Positions 44,554 to 58,472 of a stretch of 64,000 nucleotides of DNA are shown in pieces (position 1 is the stretch's first letter; each line of letters begins with the position of its first letter). Location: positions 2,418,001 through 2,482,000 of the forward strand of contig OZ024754.1 of assembly GCA_964016885.1 (NCBI GenBank), written 5' to 3'. The translations under genes were made by a program, and so were the position numbers. The notes beneath the pieces are model-generated. The model was not told the DNA's origin. It worked only from the letters and a program-made list of their open reading frames with translations, and made no database searches. The DNA comes from Eledone cirrhosa. Taxonomy: Eukaryota.

Positions 44554-45076
44554 GGGGGGGAGAAAATAAGAAGGGAGGGGATCTAGTGAAAAAAGAGTGA
44601 AAACGAGAGAAAAAAATCTTTGAGAGAATAGAATTAAAGATTAGGAAAATAAAGAGGAATATTCTAGTAATTCAAAGCAAGTCATCTGCTGTTTACTTAT
44701 GTCACAAAAACTAACGACCGACATGTTGTTGAGGTTTCCTAGCTGTTGTAGCTTTTCTTTTCACTGTAGATATACAAAGATGGCAATTTGAGAGAGAGAG
44801 TGTCGTTAAACTGTCCTATATAACATTTTTGTGGTTTTTGTTCTGACTTTCCGGGTTCAAAATCCACCGAGGTCGGTTTGGCTTTCATTCTTACGAGGTT
44901 AGTAAAACTCTATCAGGCCATTAATGATGGCCATTCTTCTTCTATATATATTTCTCAATTCATCTCTATCACAATTTCTCTCTCTCTCTCTCTCGCTGTC
45001 TCTCTCACTGTCTCTTTCCTCTTTATCGCTCTCTCCTCTCTCTCACTCTCTCTCTCTCTCACTGTCTCTTTCCTCT

Positions 45077-45136
<60 letters not shown>

Positions 45137-45139
45137 TCT

Positions 45140-45203
<64 letters not shown>

Positions 45204-45206
45204 TCT

Positions 45207-45272
<66 letters not shown>

Positions 45273-45364
45273 GAAGAGGATGGATCCGCCATGTTTAAGA
45301 TAACTAAGACATGTTGTAGGTCTCTACGGTAAAACTACAACTCCATCAGGAGTGACGGGCATTT

Positions 45365-45525
45365 TTCAATAGTTCTCGGTGTTTCCTATTGGTTGCATCT
45401 CTACTAACTCCCTTGGACAATATATCATTAGTACTACTATGTTATGATCCAAGAAAATCGTTGATGTCACCTTTACATTATGGATGAGCACTGCGTTATC
45501 TGTAAAGCAAAGAACCAGGACTATA
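45365..45525 (-). mobile_element. CR1/L2/Jockey-type LINE AP-endonuclease remnant
   Basis: VLVLCFTDNAVLIHNVKVTSTIFLDHNIVV resembles the LDLxFTN...SDHNIV motif at the end of the APE domain. Confidence 0.55.
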
Positions 45526-45684
45526 TATATATATATTCTTTATACACGCCCCGGAGTATAGCTAAACTGGAATATATACCTATTTTCTGCATTTCGTTGA
45601 GCACCACTCTGTTGTAAGCTGACCTTCCCCTACACGGTACATAACACTGTGTCCTGGAAAACCTTAATGCACTCGTGCATAACC

Positions 45685-45726
<42 letters not shown>

Positions 45727-45730
<4 letters not shown>

Positions 45731-45912
45731 AGTTTCAGGCCCCCGACGGCTGAGCTCCGGCCGTTTCGACAGCTAGTTTGGATCTAGCTGTCGAGATGGC
45801 CGGAGCTCAGTCGTCGGGGTCCTGACTCTTTTCATATTACCCACTCTACTACTCCAAGTATCGAGTACTCTGGTGCGTTATGGTCCACCTGGTATCTTAC
45901 CACACCCTCTTT
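45727..45912. mobile_element. Palindromic half-hammerhead element (family E, variant subfamily)
   Basis: The centre is gacagctag...ctagctgtc. The left arm on the minus strand reads GAAA CGGC CGGAGCTCA GCCG TC GGGG. The tail is the same as in the other E copies, and a single-arm relic is at 335-391. Confidence 0.65.
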
Positions 45913-45921
45913 GTATGTATG

Positions 45922-45973
<52 letters not shown>

Positions 45974-46239
45974 TTTCATGCAGACAGTACATGTGTGCTT
46001 ATTCAGACATTTGGGGATACATACATACATTCTTGTTTTTTTCTTATGCTTCTCTATCTATCCTTTGTTTTTCTACCTTTTATTCTTTCTTCAATGAAGG
46101 ACCACCGCCCTAAACGCTAAGACAACTTCATTTTTTTTTTTTTTTTTTATCAAACTTTAAACTAATATATCATCATTGTACTGAATAGTTCGCAAGTGTT
46201 GTTTTTCCTTGTTGACGTTTTACAAATATATACATATAT

Positions 46240-46295
<56 letters not shown>

Positions 46296-46563
46296 CGGTG
46301 GGAGTATAAACACGTGCAAATCGTGGAATCGTAAATCAAGCGAAGTAGCATTGAAAGAATGCTTGAGAAAAGTTTGGCATATAAACATAGAGATATACAA
46401 AGGTTTAGATAAGCAGACAGACATTGTAGTAAACAGATAGGTGTATGTGGGGGGGGGGGATGAAACACACACACTCATATATATATATAAATATATATAT
46501 AAATATATATATAAATATATACGTATATGTGTATGTGTGCCATAGTATATGTATATGTATATG

Positions 46564-46636
<73 letters not shown>

Positions 46637-46871
46637 GCGCGCGCGCGTGTGTGTGTTATGATTTCAGAAATAACTTTAGATATATAAGATATAGTTTAAA
46701 CTATCAAGATAAAAAGAACAGATGATGATGATGATGTATTGGCGCGTGTGTATGTGCAAACGCATGTGATTTCGAGTGTGTGTGTGTGCGATTGCGAGTG
46801 TGTGTGTGTGTGTCCATGCAAGTGTGTGTGTGTGTGTGTCCATGCAAGTGTGTGTGTGTGTGTGTCCATGC

Positions 46872-46938
<67 letters not shown>

Positions 46939-47352
46939 TGTGCGTGTGGAAGTGTGTGTGTGCTTAATGATCAAGTGTTAAATATTATACCCGGTGATAA
47001 ATGAGTATGAAAGTTCGTCATATAATGATATACAATGTCTAAATTTTGTTTTCTTTGCATTTTTGATATTCAGCCGTAAACCAGTGTGGAGCTAGTGTTG
47101 AGGTTTTAGTACAGACAGACCCTTGTGGGTAACAGATCTATTTTCTTACGATTGTGGTTACCAGATCGACCTCAATGCGCTGAATTTAGGACAAAGATCT
47201 TTTAGTTGTTGTAGAATGATTAACTAAAGTCAGGTGAATGGAATATGTGTGGAACACCGACGTATACATAGCACACACGCACTCATACATACATACGCAC
47301 ATATACACACACACACACACACATTATATATATATATATATATATATATAAG

Positions 47353-47580
47353 AGATGGCAACATGTATGGACCTGATATTTTTTTATGTAGACATTTTTT
47401 CCAATTCCAACCCGACCTTCCCTTCAATCTTTCTAATTTCTCAGTCTTTCTTCTGATGAAGGACTAGCGTCCGAAACGTTAAGACCCTCTTCCTGCTATT
47501 TCCAGCGTTAACCTAATAATATACCTTATATACCTTCCATATACTGTACCGATTGTGTTGTTATTTCTGTTTACCTTTTA
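47353..47580 (+). mobile_element. Penelope-like element 3' fragment, family A
   Basis: It is homologous to 7085-7326, starts at (TA)n and ends at (CA)n. Confidence 0.6.
47449..47484 (+). ncRNA. Minimal type I hammerhead ribozyme motif (PLE family A, second copy)
   Basis: TCTT CTGATGA A GGAC TAGC GTCC GAAA CG TT AAGA, with a perfect GGAC/GTCC stem II. Confidence 0.75.
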
Positions 47581-47953
47581 CACACACACGTCTCTCTCTC
47601 TCTCGCTCTCTCCCTCTCTCTCTCTCTCTCTCTGTATATATATATATATATATATGGTGGTACATGGTTCGGCACAATAACGATTATAACCTCTGATGAG
47701 TTTTGTAGGATAAAACATTCTGGCCACTAGAATAGATCTCTAGTTATTTCCGAATAGAAAATAATCACAATACATTATGGTAATATGTATATACATATAC
47801 ATATATATATATATTTATATATGTATATACATATACATATATATATATATTTATATATGTATATACATATACATATATATATATATATTTATATATGTAT
47901 ATACATATATATATATATTTATATATGTATATACATATACATATATATATATA

Positions 47954-48104
<151 letters not shown>

Positions 48105-48469
48105 ATGTATATATATATATATATATGTATGTATATTCACACAATTAATACAACTTACTTCTCTATTGGGTGGAAGACTGATATATGTGTATTAAAAAAA
48201 ACTCCAAACAGGAACAAAAATACAAAGATTCATTGCTGGAGAGTATTTATTACCGTATTTGGGAGGAAACTCTATCTGGTGACATAAAAATAGTTATTAG
48301 CAAGAATATAATCTGAACTTAGGTTCTAGCTATACTGATTCTTACCAAATATACAAGAGCAGTGTTATTGTTTATAGCGAAGCATATTCTTTATGTGATT
48401 ATCTTATTTTCTATCAGGATAAAAATGTCAAAGATATGATGGAAGACAAAGTAGATTAAAATACCATAC

Positions 48470-48633
<164 letters not shown>

Positions 48634-49386
48634 CAGCCACACGTAGAAGTAATGCTAGCCGTATATGCCAACAAATGCAAGCATTGTATTGAGATTCCCA
48701 TCTTGTGGAAATATGTAAATATGTACCTATAATCATATAAAATTGAATACATATATCTGTCCATGTTGATAGATGTATTAATATGCATAATTACACTCAT
48801 GCACATACATACACTCATACACACACACATACACTCATACATACATACACACATACGCACACATAAACTCATACAGATTCCCTCATACACACACATACAC
48901 CTTTGTGTGCATATATATGTATATATATGTGCTTATGTATTTTAAACATGTACATATATACATATATACATATATATGTATTATATATGCATATGTATAT
49001 TAATATGTACAGATATATATATACACATGTTTATATTCATAGATCCTTGCATATATATATATATATAAATGAAAGGTATAGAAAAAGGTGTAGCAAAAAG
49101 CCAATATATATATCACCCTACAGTGTAGTTGATATCTGTATTCTTCTATTATCGATGATGTCTAAGGTCAAACATACTATATAGAACTATAGTATTCTCT
49201 TACTAACTGCTATCACTCAAAATTACCAACATCGACCATTTTTATTACACTTAACTTCCATTTTTTTTATCACATTCTCACATTTTCATAGCTCTTGTGG
49301 TATATTTCATTGCTTATACTATAGCACATAGCTTCATCACTTGTTGAAGTGTATGTGTCTTCGAAATCACGAGATATCACAGTTAA

Positions 49387-49422
<36 letters not shown>

Positions 49423-49424
<2 letters not shown>

Positions 49425-49641
49425 CGGAGGAAATGTGGTAAGGAACCATGTGGACCATAATGCACCAAAGTACTTAATACTTAGGGTAGTAGAGTGAGTA
49501 ATAGGAACGAGTAGGACCCCGAAGGCTGAGCTCAAGCCGTTTCGACGGCTAATTCTGGACTAATTAGTCCAGAATTAGACTATTTAGTCCAGAACTAGCC
49601 GTCGAAACGGCTTGAGCTCAGCCGTCGGGGTCCTACTCGTT

Positions 49642-49645
<4 letters not shown>
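49423..49645. mobile_element. Palindromic half-hammerhead element (family E)
   Basis: Same family, with a small extra duplication in the centre and (TA)n flanks. Confidence 0.7.
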
Positions 49646-49677
<32 letters not shown>

Positions 49678-49732
49678 AGAAAATATATATATATATATGT
49701 GAGAAAAACCACAGACCCTCCATCTCAACTCA

Positions 49733-49770
49733 CCTTTTGAAAAGCAGAAGAACTGCGAAACCGGTAAAGG
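49733..49770 (+). ncRNA. Minimal hammerhead motif, U3-A8 core variant (PLE family D)
   Basis: CCTT TTGAAAA GCAG AAGAA CTGC GAAA CCGG TA AAGG. Stem I is CCTT/AAGG, stem II is GCAG/CTGC, and the palindrome is ACCGGT. Confidence 0.7.
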
Positions 49771-49901
49771 AACCAAATAAATATATATATTTAAAAAAAA
49801 AATAAGACTCCAGTTGCATTTTCGATTTCATCTCTTTTTCTTTATACTTTCACTCGTGTAGGAGACCTCGGTTATTTTTCATTTTGTAAAAAAAACCTCG
49901 C

Positions 49902-49975
<74 letters not shown>

Positions 49976-50019
49976 AAGTTAAATAAAAGTCAAATGATTA
50001 AAATTTAGCTTCGTTTATT

Positions 50020-50074
50020 ACTGCTATATATATTTCTGTGACAGCCATCTTTGGCTGTGACCTCTTCAGGCAGT
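50020..50074 (-). ncRNA. Type I hammerhead ribozyme motif (PLE family C, mirror copy)
   Basis: It is the reverse complement of the 50627 motif, with one change at the base of stem II (A instead of T before GAAA). Confidence 0.65.
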
Positions 50075-50626
50075 TTGAATTAGTATGGTATAGACAAGTA
50101 CATATGTTGTTTAGGTGTATGATATTGTCAATACTCTGATATGCCCAGTTCCTTGCTGGGTTGTTAATTCACTGGGGAACTGGAGTCATATGAATTCAAC
50201 CAAACGAATTTTCGTGTCACAGGTCTCCTTCTCCTCTCATTGGTCAGTTATTAGTGTTGTCATTGTTGGAGTTAGCTTAAAAATTGATAAAATGGTAGAA
50301 GGGACAAGGTGTTGAAGGAACAAAATATCAAAAAATGTGTCAAACTTCCCATTGTTCAGTTCTGAGAGCATTCCTCAGTCAGAAGTCTATAGAATTCTTT
50401 CTGGGGTGAGGCTCCCTGTAGTGTTTATGCCTGCTATTGTTCAGTACATTTGACCTCCACCATTATTTTGGTACTGTTGTTGTTGTAGTGGTCAGCTTAT
50501 ACCTTGCTGCTGCTAAAATAATTAATATAATTTGTGTAATTCCAGCAAGGAACTGGGCATATCAGAGTATTGACAATATCATACACCTAAACAACATATG
50601 TACTTGTCTATACCATACTAATTCAA

Positions 50627-50681
50627 ACTGCCTGAAGAGGTCACAGCCAAAGATGGCTGTCACTGAAATATATATAGCAGT
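50627..50681 (+). ncRNA. Type I hammerhead ribozyme motif (PLE family C)
   Basis: ACTGC CTGAAGA GGTCACAGCCA AAGA TGGCTGTCACT GAAA TATATA TA GCAGT. Stem I is ACTGC/GCAGT, stem II is long with one mismatch, and stem III is an (AT) palindrome. Confidence 0.75.
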
Positions 50682-50822
50682 AATAAACGAAGCTAAATTT
50701 TAATCATTTGACTTTTATTTAACTTTATTTTACACTACTCCGGAGTAACCAAACCAACCTGCGCACTTCGTCGAGTGCTCCAGCCTGCATACTGAGGTGT
50801 TGGTATACAACCAACATAAACT

Positions 50823-50862
<40 letters not shown>

Positions 50863-50864
50863 GT

Positions 50865-51065
50865 GATATCTTCCTTAAGCTAGATGGGTCATTTGGCCGG
50901 TGCCTATCCCAGTTTCATGGCGTGAAGCAACTGAGTGTACAAGACTTTCCCCTGGACAAGACGCCAGTCCATCGCAGGGTTAAACCCCCAGCTATTGCTG
51001 GTACACATTTTCAGCAGAGTATGCAGCAGCAATGTGAAAGTCCAACACACTTAATACTAAGCCAC
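50865..51065 (-). mobile_element. Older SINE relic (Deu/Nin-like central domain, tentative)
   Basis: cccctggacaagacgccagtccatcgcagggtta...gctggtacacatttt resembles the reverse strand of a widespread metazoan SINE core. The family name is from memory and unverified. Confidence 0.5.
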
Positions 51066-51074
51066 TATATATAT

Positions 51075-51148
<74 letters not shown>

Positions 51149-51295
51149 ATAAAAATATTTGCTTGTTGTATCCCAACAAATTAAATATAACTTCTACATA
51201 TATATATATATGTGTGTGTATAAAAATATTTGCTTGTTGTATCCCAACAAATTAAATATGACTTCTATATATATATATATATGTGTGTGTGTATA

Positions 51296-51340
<45 letters not shown>

Positions 51341-51569
51341 ATAATATTAATAAATGGAGACTATCTATATAAAACCATATTTATTTTATTATATATATTT
51401 CAAGGGTACCAAAATTTTAGATAAAATACAAAAGTTGTTTTACAGATAGTGAAATATTCAAACTAGAACATAATGTTTTGAGTTCCATTTGAATAGTCTT
51501 CTATTTGAGTGCTTCTAATCTGTTATAAACTAAATTTGTTGAATAATCAACAAATTAAATACCTCATTG

Positions 51570-51610
<41 letters not shown>

Positions 51611-51772
51611 GTGTGTGTATATTCACACACCATATATACAAGTACAATAGAAATTGTAATCTCGTTCTATGTGGACTATTGAATAGTTTAGCTCTTCCTA
51701 GCATTTCCGTTACTTAAAATGTTACATCGTAGTGAGACAATATATACAGTGTATTATGACTTAAGCATTGAA

Positions 51773-51820
<48 letters not shown>

Positions 51821-51863
51821 TATTCCATGTGTATGTCATAATATACATAATAAACTATATATT

Positions 51864-51902
<39 letters not shown>

Positions 51903-51999
51903 AGCTCAATTTCTTTCAAATGCAATCTTAAACAAGTCACTCTTTGTCGCTTTGTTAATATATATATATTTATTCATATGTATACACACACAACCACAC

Positions 52000-52065
<66 letters not shown>

Positions 52066-52194
52066 CTTAGAGAAACGTCCTCACTCCTCATTTTATAAGT
52101 ATGGGGGTATGTACGTATGTGTATATGTGTATTTGAATCTTCGTGTTTGGAACAGAGATAACATATATGTATATACATGTATTTATATATTATT

Positions 52195-52236
<42 letters not shown>

Positions 52237-52676
52237 TAATTTAATATATCAACTAACATAAGCGCACAGATGCACGCCCATGATAGCAAATACACAGGTT
52301 ATGTCATAGTACCTAGGTGGTTCAATGCAGGAGAATGCAGAACAATAATATAAAGGACGTAAAATAAGAATATATTTAAAAAAAAGCTATTAATGTATTA
52401 TAACTATATATATATATATATATATAGTTATAATACATTAATAGCTTTTGTTAATATGTAATGAAGTAGAAACGTTCGCTAGGCAAATTTCCTTTCTGTG
52501 CGAATAATATGCGTTTAATATGTGTATTAAACCAATATAACCATTTAAAAATCAATCGCTTCATAAGTAATAACAGTGGGAATGTTTCTTGCTATTAATT
52601 ATATTAGTAATTTCATCAAAATCGTTGATATGTTAGTCAGAATCATTTAAAACATTCCCACGCACAACATACATGT

Positions 52677-52721
<45 letters not shown>

Positions 52722-52833
52722 ATCATTTTGTATTGTTTAGCCTTTTATCTGTCTCCACGTTATATATATATATACATATATGTATATATATATAACGTGG
52801 AGACAAATAAAAGGCTAAACAATGCAAAATGAT

Positions 52834-52873
<40 letters not shown>

Positions 52874-53046
52874 ATCATTTTGCATTGTTTAGCCTTTTAT
52901 CTGTCTCCACGTTATATATATATACATACATATATGTATATATATATATATATATAAATATATTTAATTAGATATTTATACTATGCTATGTATTGAGTAC
53001 CTTACTTATTGTGGTTACCCCCGAATAAACTCGGGATAAATTTATA

Positions 53047-53090
<44 letters not shown>

Positions 53091-53093
<3 letters not shown>

Positions 53094-53584
53094 TTTCTGA
53101 ATTTGTTTAGCTAGATTCTTTATCTGAAAACGTGTGTTGAAACCGATATTGTTATGCTTTGGGAGGGTCATGTTGCCAATAAGTAACACACGCACCATTT
53201 GCTTTCACTTCAATTTATTATAAATTAAATTTATAAATTTAGGAATTTATAAATTTCCGGTTGGTTGGTTGGTTCCAAAACCAGACGATTGTTCATATAT
53301 TGTCAAAGTTCTTTCGTCACACATTCTGTGACCTCTTCAGTGACTGGGGATTCTTTTATTTGTTTTTGTGCCTCTCCTTTGTTCTGTCCTACACCATCTT
53401 GGGGTCACAGAATGTGTGACGAAAGAACTTTGACAATATATGAACAACCGTCCGGTTGTGGAACCAACCAACCAACCGGAAATGTATAAATTCCTAAATT
53501 TATAAATTTAATTTATAATAAATTCAAGTGAAATCAACTGGTGCGTGTGTTTCTTATTGGCAAATATGACCCTCCCAAAGCATC

Positions 53585-53585
<1 letters not shown>
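53091..53585. mobile_element. Penelope-like family B, inverted-repeat arrangement
   Basis: The minus arm 53091-53400 has a full hammerhead. The plus arm 53403-53585 starts at ggtcacagaatgtgtgacgaaa (stem II). Confidence 0.7.
53302..53344 (-). ncRNA. Type I hammerhead ribozyme motif (PLE family B)
   Basis: The reverse complement reads GTCA CTGAAGA G GTCACA GAATG TGTGAC GAAAGAACTT TGAC. Confidence 0.7.
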
Positions 53586-53656
<71 letters not shown>

Positions 53657-53821
53657 AATAATAATATTATTTATAGTTATGTATACACTATATACAACTA
53701 TAAACAGGAAAGGTCAGTAATTCATTACTACCTTATTACCAGTAAGAAGAAACGATTGTCAGCAATAAAATGATTTAAACATAGCTTTGATTATTGTGTA
53801 TATATATATATATATATATAT

Positions 53822-54388
53822 ATGGTGGCTGCCAACTCGTTTTCGAGTACGGCCACTACTTTATATCCATGTAGGAGAACCCCTACCGATGCGCTGAACG
53901 AGTGTGACTTTTTAGTCCAGCCAGCAACTTGAAAACTCTGGTACAAACACTACACTTGTGACAATTATTGACACATAGTGCTGGGCCCATGGTACCATGT
54001 GACGACAAGTGCAGAGAGATCTCCAGATATAAAGCAATGCCTGTGCTGTGAAGCTTTTATAGTGAGCAAAGGCACTGCACAAAGCCAGTCCCACTCTCTT
54101 AACCAAGATGATATTTACCAAAAAGAAGAACAAGTCAACATCATTGGAAACCATCAGGGTTGCAGGTGTTATATCACTGTTTTCCTTCTCCTAGAATTCT
54201 GCCTTGACAAAGGCTAAGGGGTCATCTCTCCCGGTGATTTTGGATGGCCATTGACTCTTAAGAGCTCCTTTGCCCTTTGACAGGTTTTGTTTTTAGTCCT
54301 GCAGGATGTCCAAAGTCACCCTCCTCACCAAGAAACCTTGGTGGGGTTGCCAGTTTAGTCGCCAACGACCCGACCATGGGACAGGTTG
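53822..54388 (-). mobile_element. Longer (about 560 bp) copy of the same RTE-derived element, probably non-autonomous
   Basis: 53822-54040 is the reverse complement of 34876-35097. The additional 5' part has no RT ORF, and the element is bounded by (TA)-rich tracts. Confidence 0.6.
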
Positions 54389-54473
54389 TATATATATACA
54401 TATACATATATACATATATATATATACATATATATACATATCTATATATTTATATATATACATATATATATAC

Positions 54474-54504
<31 letters not shown>

Positions 54505-54575
54505 CATATACATATATACATATATATATATATACATATATACATATACATATATATACATATATATATATACAT

Positions 54576-54622
<47 letters not shown>

Positions 54623-54671
54623 TATACATATATATACATATATATACATATATATATATACATATATATAC

Positions 54672-54734
<63 letters not shown>

Positions 54735-54955
54735 CATATATATATATAAATACATATATATATATATATACGTATATATATATATATATCTACATATATA
54801 TATATATACATATACACATATATATCTACATATATATATATATACATATATATATCTACATATATATATACATATATATATATACATATATATATACATA
54901 TATATATATATACATATATATATACATATATATATATATACATATATATATATAC

Positions 54956-55020
<65 letters not shown>

Positions 55021-55071
55021 TATACATATACAAATATATATATATGAGAAAAACCCTCCATCTCAATTCTA

Positions 55072-55107
55072 CTTTTGAAAAGCACAAGAACTGCGAAACC
55101 GGTAAAG
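55072..55107 (+). ncRNA. Minimal hammerhead motif, U3-A8 variant (family D, second copy)
   Basis: CTT TTGAAAA GCAC AAGAA CTGC GAAA CCGG TA AAG. The flanks 55046-55165 are homologous to 49700-49830. Confidence 0.6.
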
Positions 55108-55480
55108 GAACCAAATATATATATATGTTTTTAAGAAAGGACTCCAGCGGCATTTTCGTTTTCGATATAACTGTATTACCAGCTGAAAATGCATTTGTTA
55201 TTGTGGCAAATAAATGATGAGATTATTGTTATTATTATTAATAGTAGTAGTAGTAGTAGTAGGTGGAGGGGGAGGAGGCTGTGTGGAGTGATAAAAAGAG
55301 AAAGATGTAGTTTCTTTGTTGAAACAACGTAGCTTTCTAATTTGCATCTGTTGTTATTGGAAGTGATGTTATATAGATGCATGATACACAAACAGATACA
55401 CACACACATATATATATATACATGCGCACACCAACAGCACGCAAACACATACACGCCTATATCTAACCCCCCCCCCCCAC

Positions 55481-55513
<33 letters not shown>

Positions 55514-55571
55514 CACTACACATATATATATATATATACACTACACATATATATATATATATACACTACAC

Positions 55572-55687
<116 letters not shown>

Positions 55688-55752
55688 ATATGCATATATT
55701 TGTGTATGTTTTGTACTGCCTCTTCGCTTCGTTTTTTTTTTTTTTCCTATTT

Positions 55753-55801
<49 letters not shown>

Positions 55802-55831
55802 GTGTGTATGTATATATACAGTGTGTATATA

Positions 55832-55885
<54 letters not shown>

Positions 55886-56367
55886 CATATATATACATAT
55901 ATATACATATATATATACATATATATACATATACATATATATATATACATATATATATACATATATATATATAGTGTATATATATACACTATATATACTA
56001 TGGTGTTGCTGGAATTAACGATCTCAGTTGCAGAGGGTGTTTTTGTAAATGAAATATCCAGACGGACAGGAAGCGTATAGATATCGCATTTCATTCTAAT
56101 TGGCGTATATACACAAACACAAACATACATTCACACATATACACATACACACGAGCACACGTACTGTTTTAATCACATATATACACATACTGGTAATTGA
56201 ATGCGCATGGATATTGGTTTGGCTCTGTACTCTAATATATGAAACAGACATGTAAATAAACACATTTTATATGTACACATACATACACACATGTATATAT
56301 ATATACATATATATGCATACAAACTTTTGTATATATATATATATATATTATTATATGCATACAAACT

Positions 56368-56399
<32 letters not shown>

Positions 56400-56455
56400 A
56401 CATATATTTACACAAATATGCATACAAACAAGCATATATGTTCATATATATATAC

Positions 56456-56584
<129 letters not shown>

Positions 56585-56593
56585 TATATAAAT

Positions 56594-56644
<51 letters not shown>

Positions 56645-56662
56645 AATATATATATATATATA

Positions 56663-56694
<32 letters not shown>

Positions 56695-56703
56695 AATATA
56701 TAT

Positions 56704-56788
<85 letters not shown>

Positions 56789-58472
56789 TGTGCATTCATA
56801 TTTATGTAACTATCGCTCTCTACGCATGATTGACAATGTATGTATATATATATATATTTGTTTCTATTGTATGAGCTTATCTGAAATATCTGCATTAAGT
56901 GTCTTTCAGATTGAAACAGAAAAGGAAACATTGAGAAAGAGATAGCGATAAAGAGAGAAAGAATGTGTTTGTCTGGCGAAGTTAAATCTATGTCACTTGT
57001 AATATTTCAAAAACGAGACTGTTTGTAAAGCAGAATAAACAAACATTGGTCTCACATTTGGAAAGAAGGTTTCATATCATTGAAATTCAACTAGACTCTG
57101 CTAATGAATCATTTGATAGTTTATCTAGGTTTTTCTTTGTAGCAGTCTAAAGTTAAACCAATGATGATACGTACTTATATTTGATCTTAAGTTGATCTTG
57201 GCTTTCAGACTTATTGTTTGGGTTAGTCTGATCTTTCTTCATTAACAATATTCTCAGCTATCCTTCTTGTCTATAAAGATCTTGGCTTTCAGATTTATTA
57301 GCACTCCTTCTGGACTATAATCTCAATATTCTTAGCACTCCTGGTCTATAATATAGCTCGTCTGTTAAGATCTTGGCTGTCAGATTTATCTTTTTGGGTG
57401 ATAGTCAAACCTTTTTCCATGACCAATATTCTCAGCTATCATAAGCTAGAAATAACACTCAAATGTACCTCAAATGTCACCTTGCCATATAAAAAAATAA
57501 AACACATCTGGTAGTTTAATTCTAAACATACACATCCTGAAAATATGACAGAGTGCTCATGGTGAGAATGTCTTTCACCTTAGGTCGGATTAAATACGAA
57601 GGCATTTAATCCGAGGCACTAATTACATTGTGTGTGTGTCTGTGCGTATGTGTGTGTGCGCGCGCATGTGCACGTGCATGTGTGTCCTATCAAAATTCAA
57701 TTCTATTTAAAACAAAAAAAAACTATGCACCGTTTAAAACACAATAAATCTAGCCTTAAAGACGTGAACAAAAAATGTTTAAAAAATGTTTAAAAATACA
57801 ATCATTATTTAATTTCTTTTCCTAACAATGATCTAATCTTTAATATTGTTCGCTTCGTAGTTATTGTAATTACTGCTACTGTTTTTGTTGTTGTTATTGC
57901 TGTTGCTGTTGCTGTTGTTGTTGTTATTGTTGCAGAGAGTTTTAATTTTCTTCTATTTTAATTAATATATGTCTAAGACTTATTACACATCTTGAACTCG
58001 AAATACTCGCTTCAATCCACACTGCATAACTCTCTTGTCACCTCTTTAAAACAATCTGTCGTTCTTCACAACCTTGTTTTATATATATATTATTTGTTAT
58101 TTCGTTTGTTTCGGCTTTTGGAGGAAAAAGGGAAGAGTGGGGGGGGGGGGGGGGGCTGCTGTCGTTCTTGTTTTTTATAGTTGTTGTTTTTGCTGTTTTT
58201 GTTGTTAATTGCGACGTTAGCAATGATGGTGATGCTGATGCTATTGATGATGATGATGATGGTGATGATGATGTTGGTGATAATTATCACGATAATGGCG
58301 ATGACTATGACGATGACATTGAATGTAACGTTGTGTACCAATGTAAGAACTTATCGATTATAGAATAAGAGATTCTGTGAGTGAGTCTCTAAGGAAATGT
58401 CTTCAATTCCACCATTTTATGTTTCCAGTTCAAATTCTCCTAAAGATGACTTTTGTCTTTTATTTCCATACT

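Larger units (their letters stand above)
49970..50828. mobile_element. Penelope-like element family C with near-perfect inverted pseudo-LTRs of about 190 bp
   Basis: The arms 49970-50159 and 50542-50731 are near-perfect reverse complements, each with a hammerhead. The spacer has a weak, decayed GIY-YIG-like C-terminus on the minus strand (EEKET...TPVPQ*IN). It is flanked by (TA)n. Confidence 0.75.

Noticed and set aside
47692-47760. CTGATGAG possible hammerhead core
   Set aside because: The gtttt/aaaac stem is not followed by GAAA and there is no stem I partner. It is at best a decayed relic.
54340-54388. Possible HDV-like ribozyme at the 5' end of the RTE-derived element
   Set aside because: Only one hairpin and a CC/GG pair are visible. 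I could not build the nested double pseudoknot.
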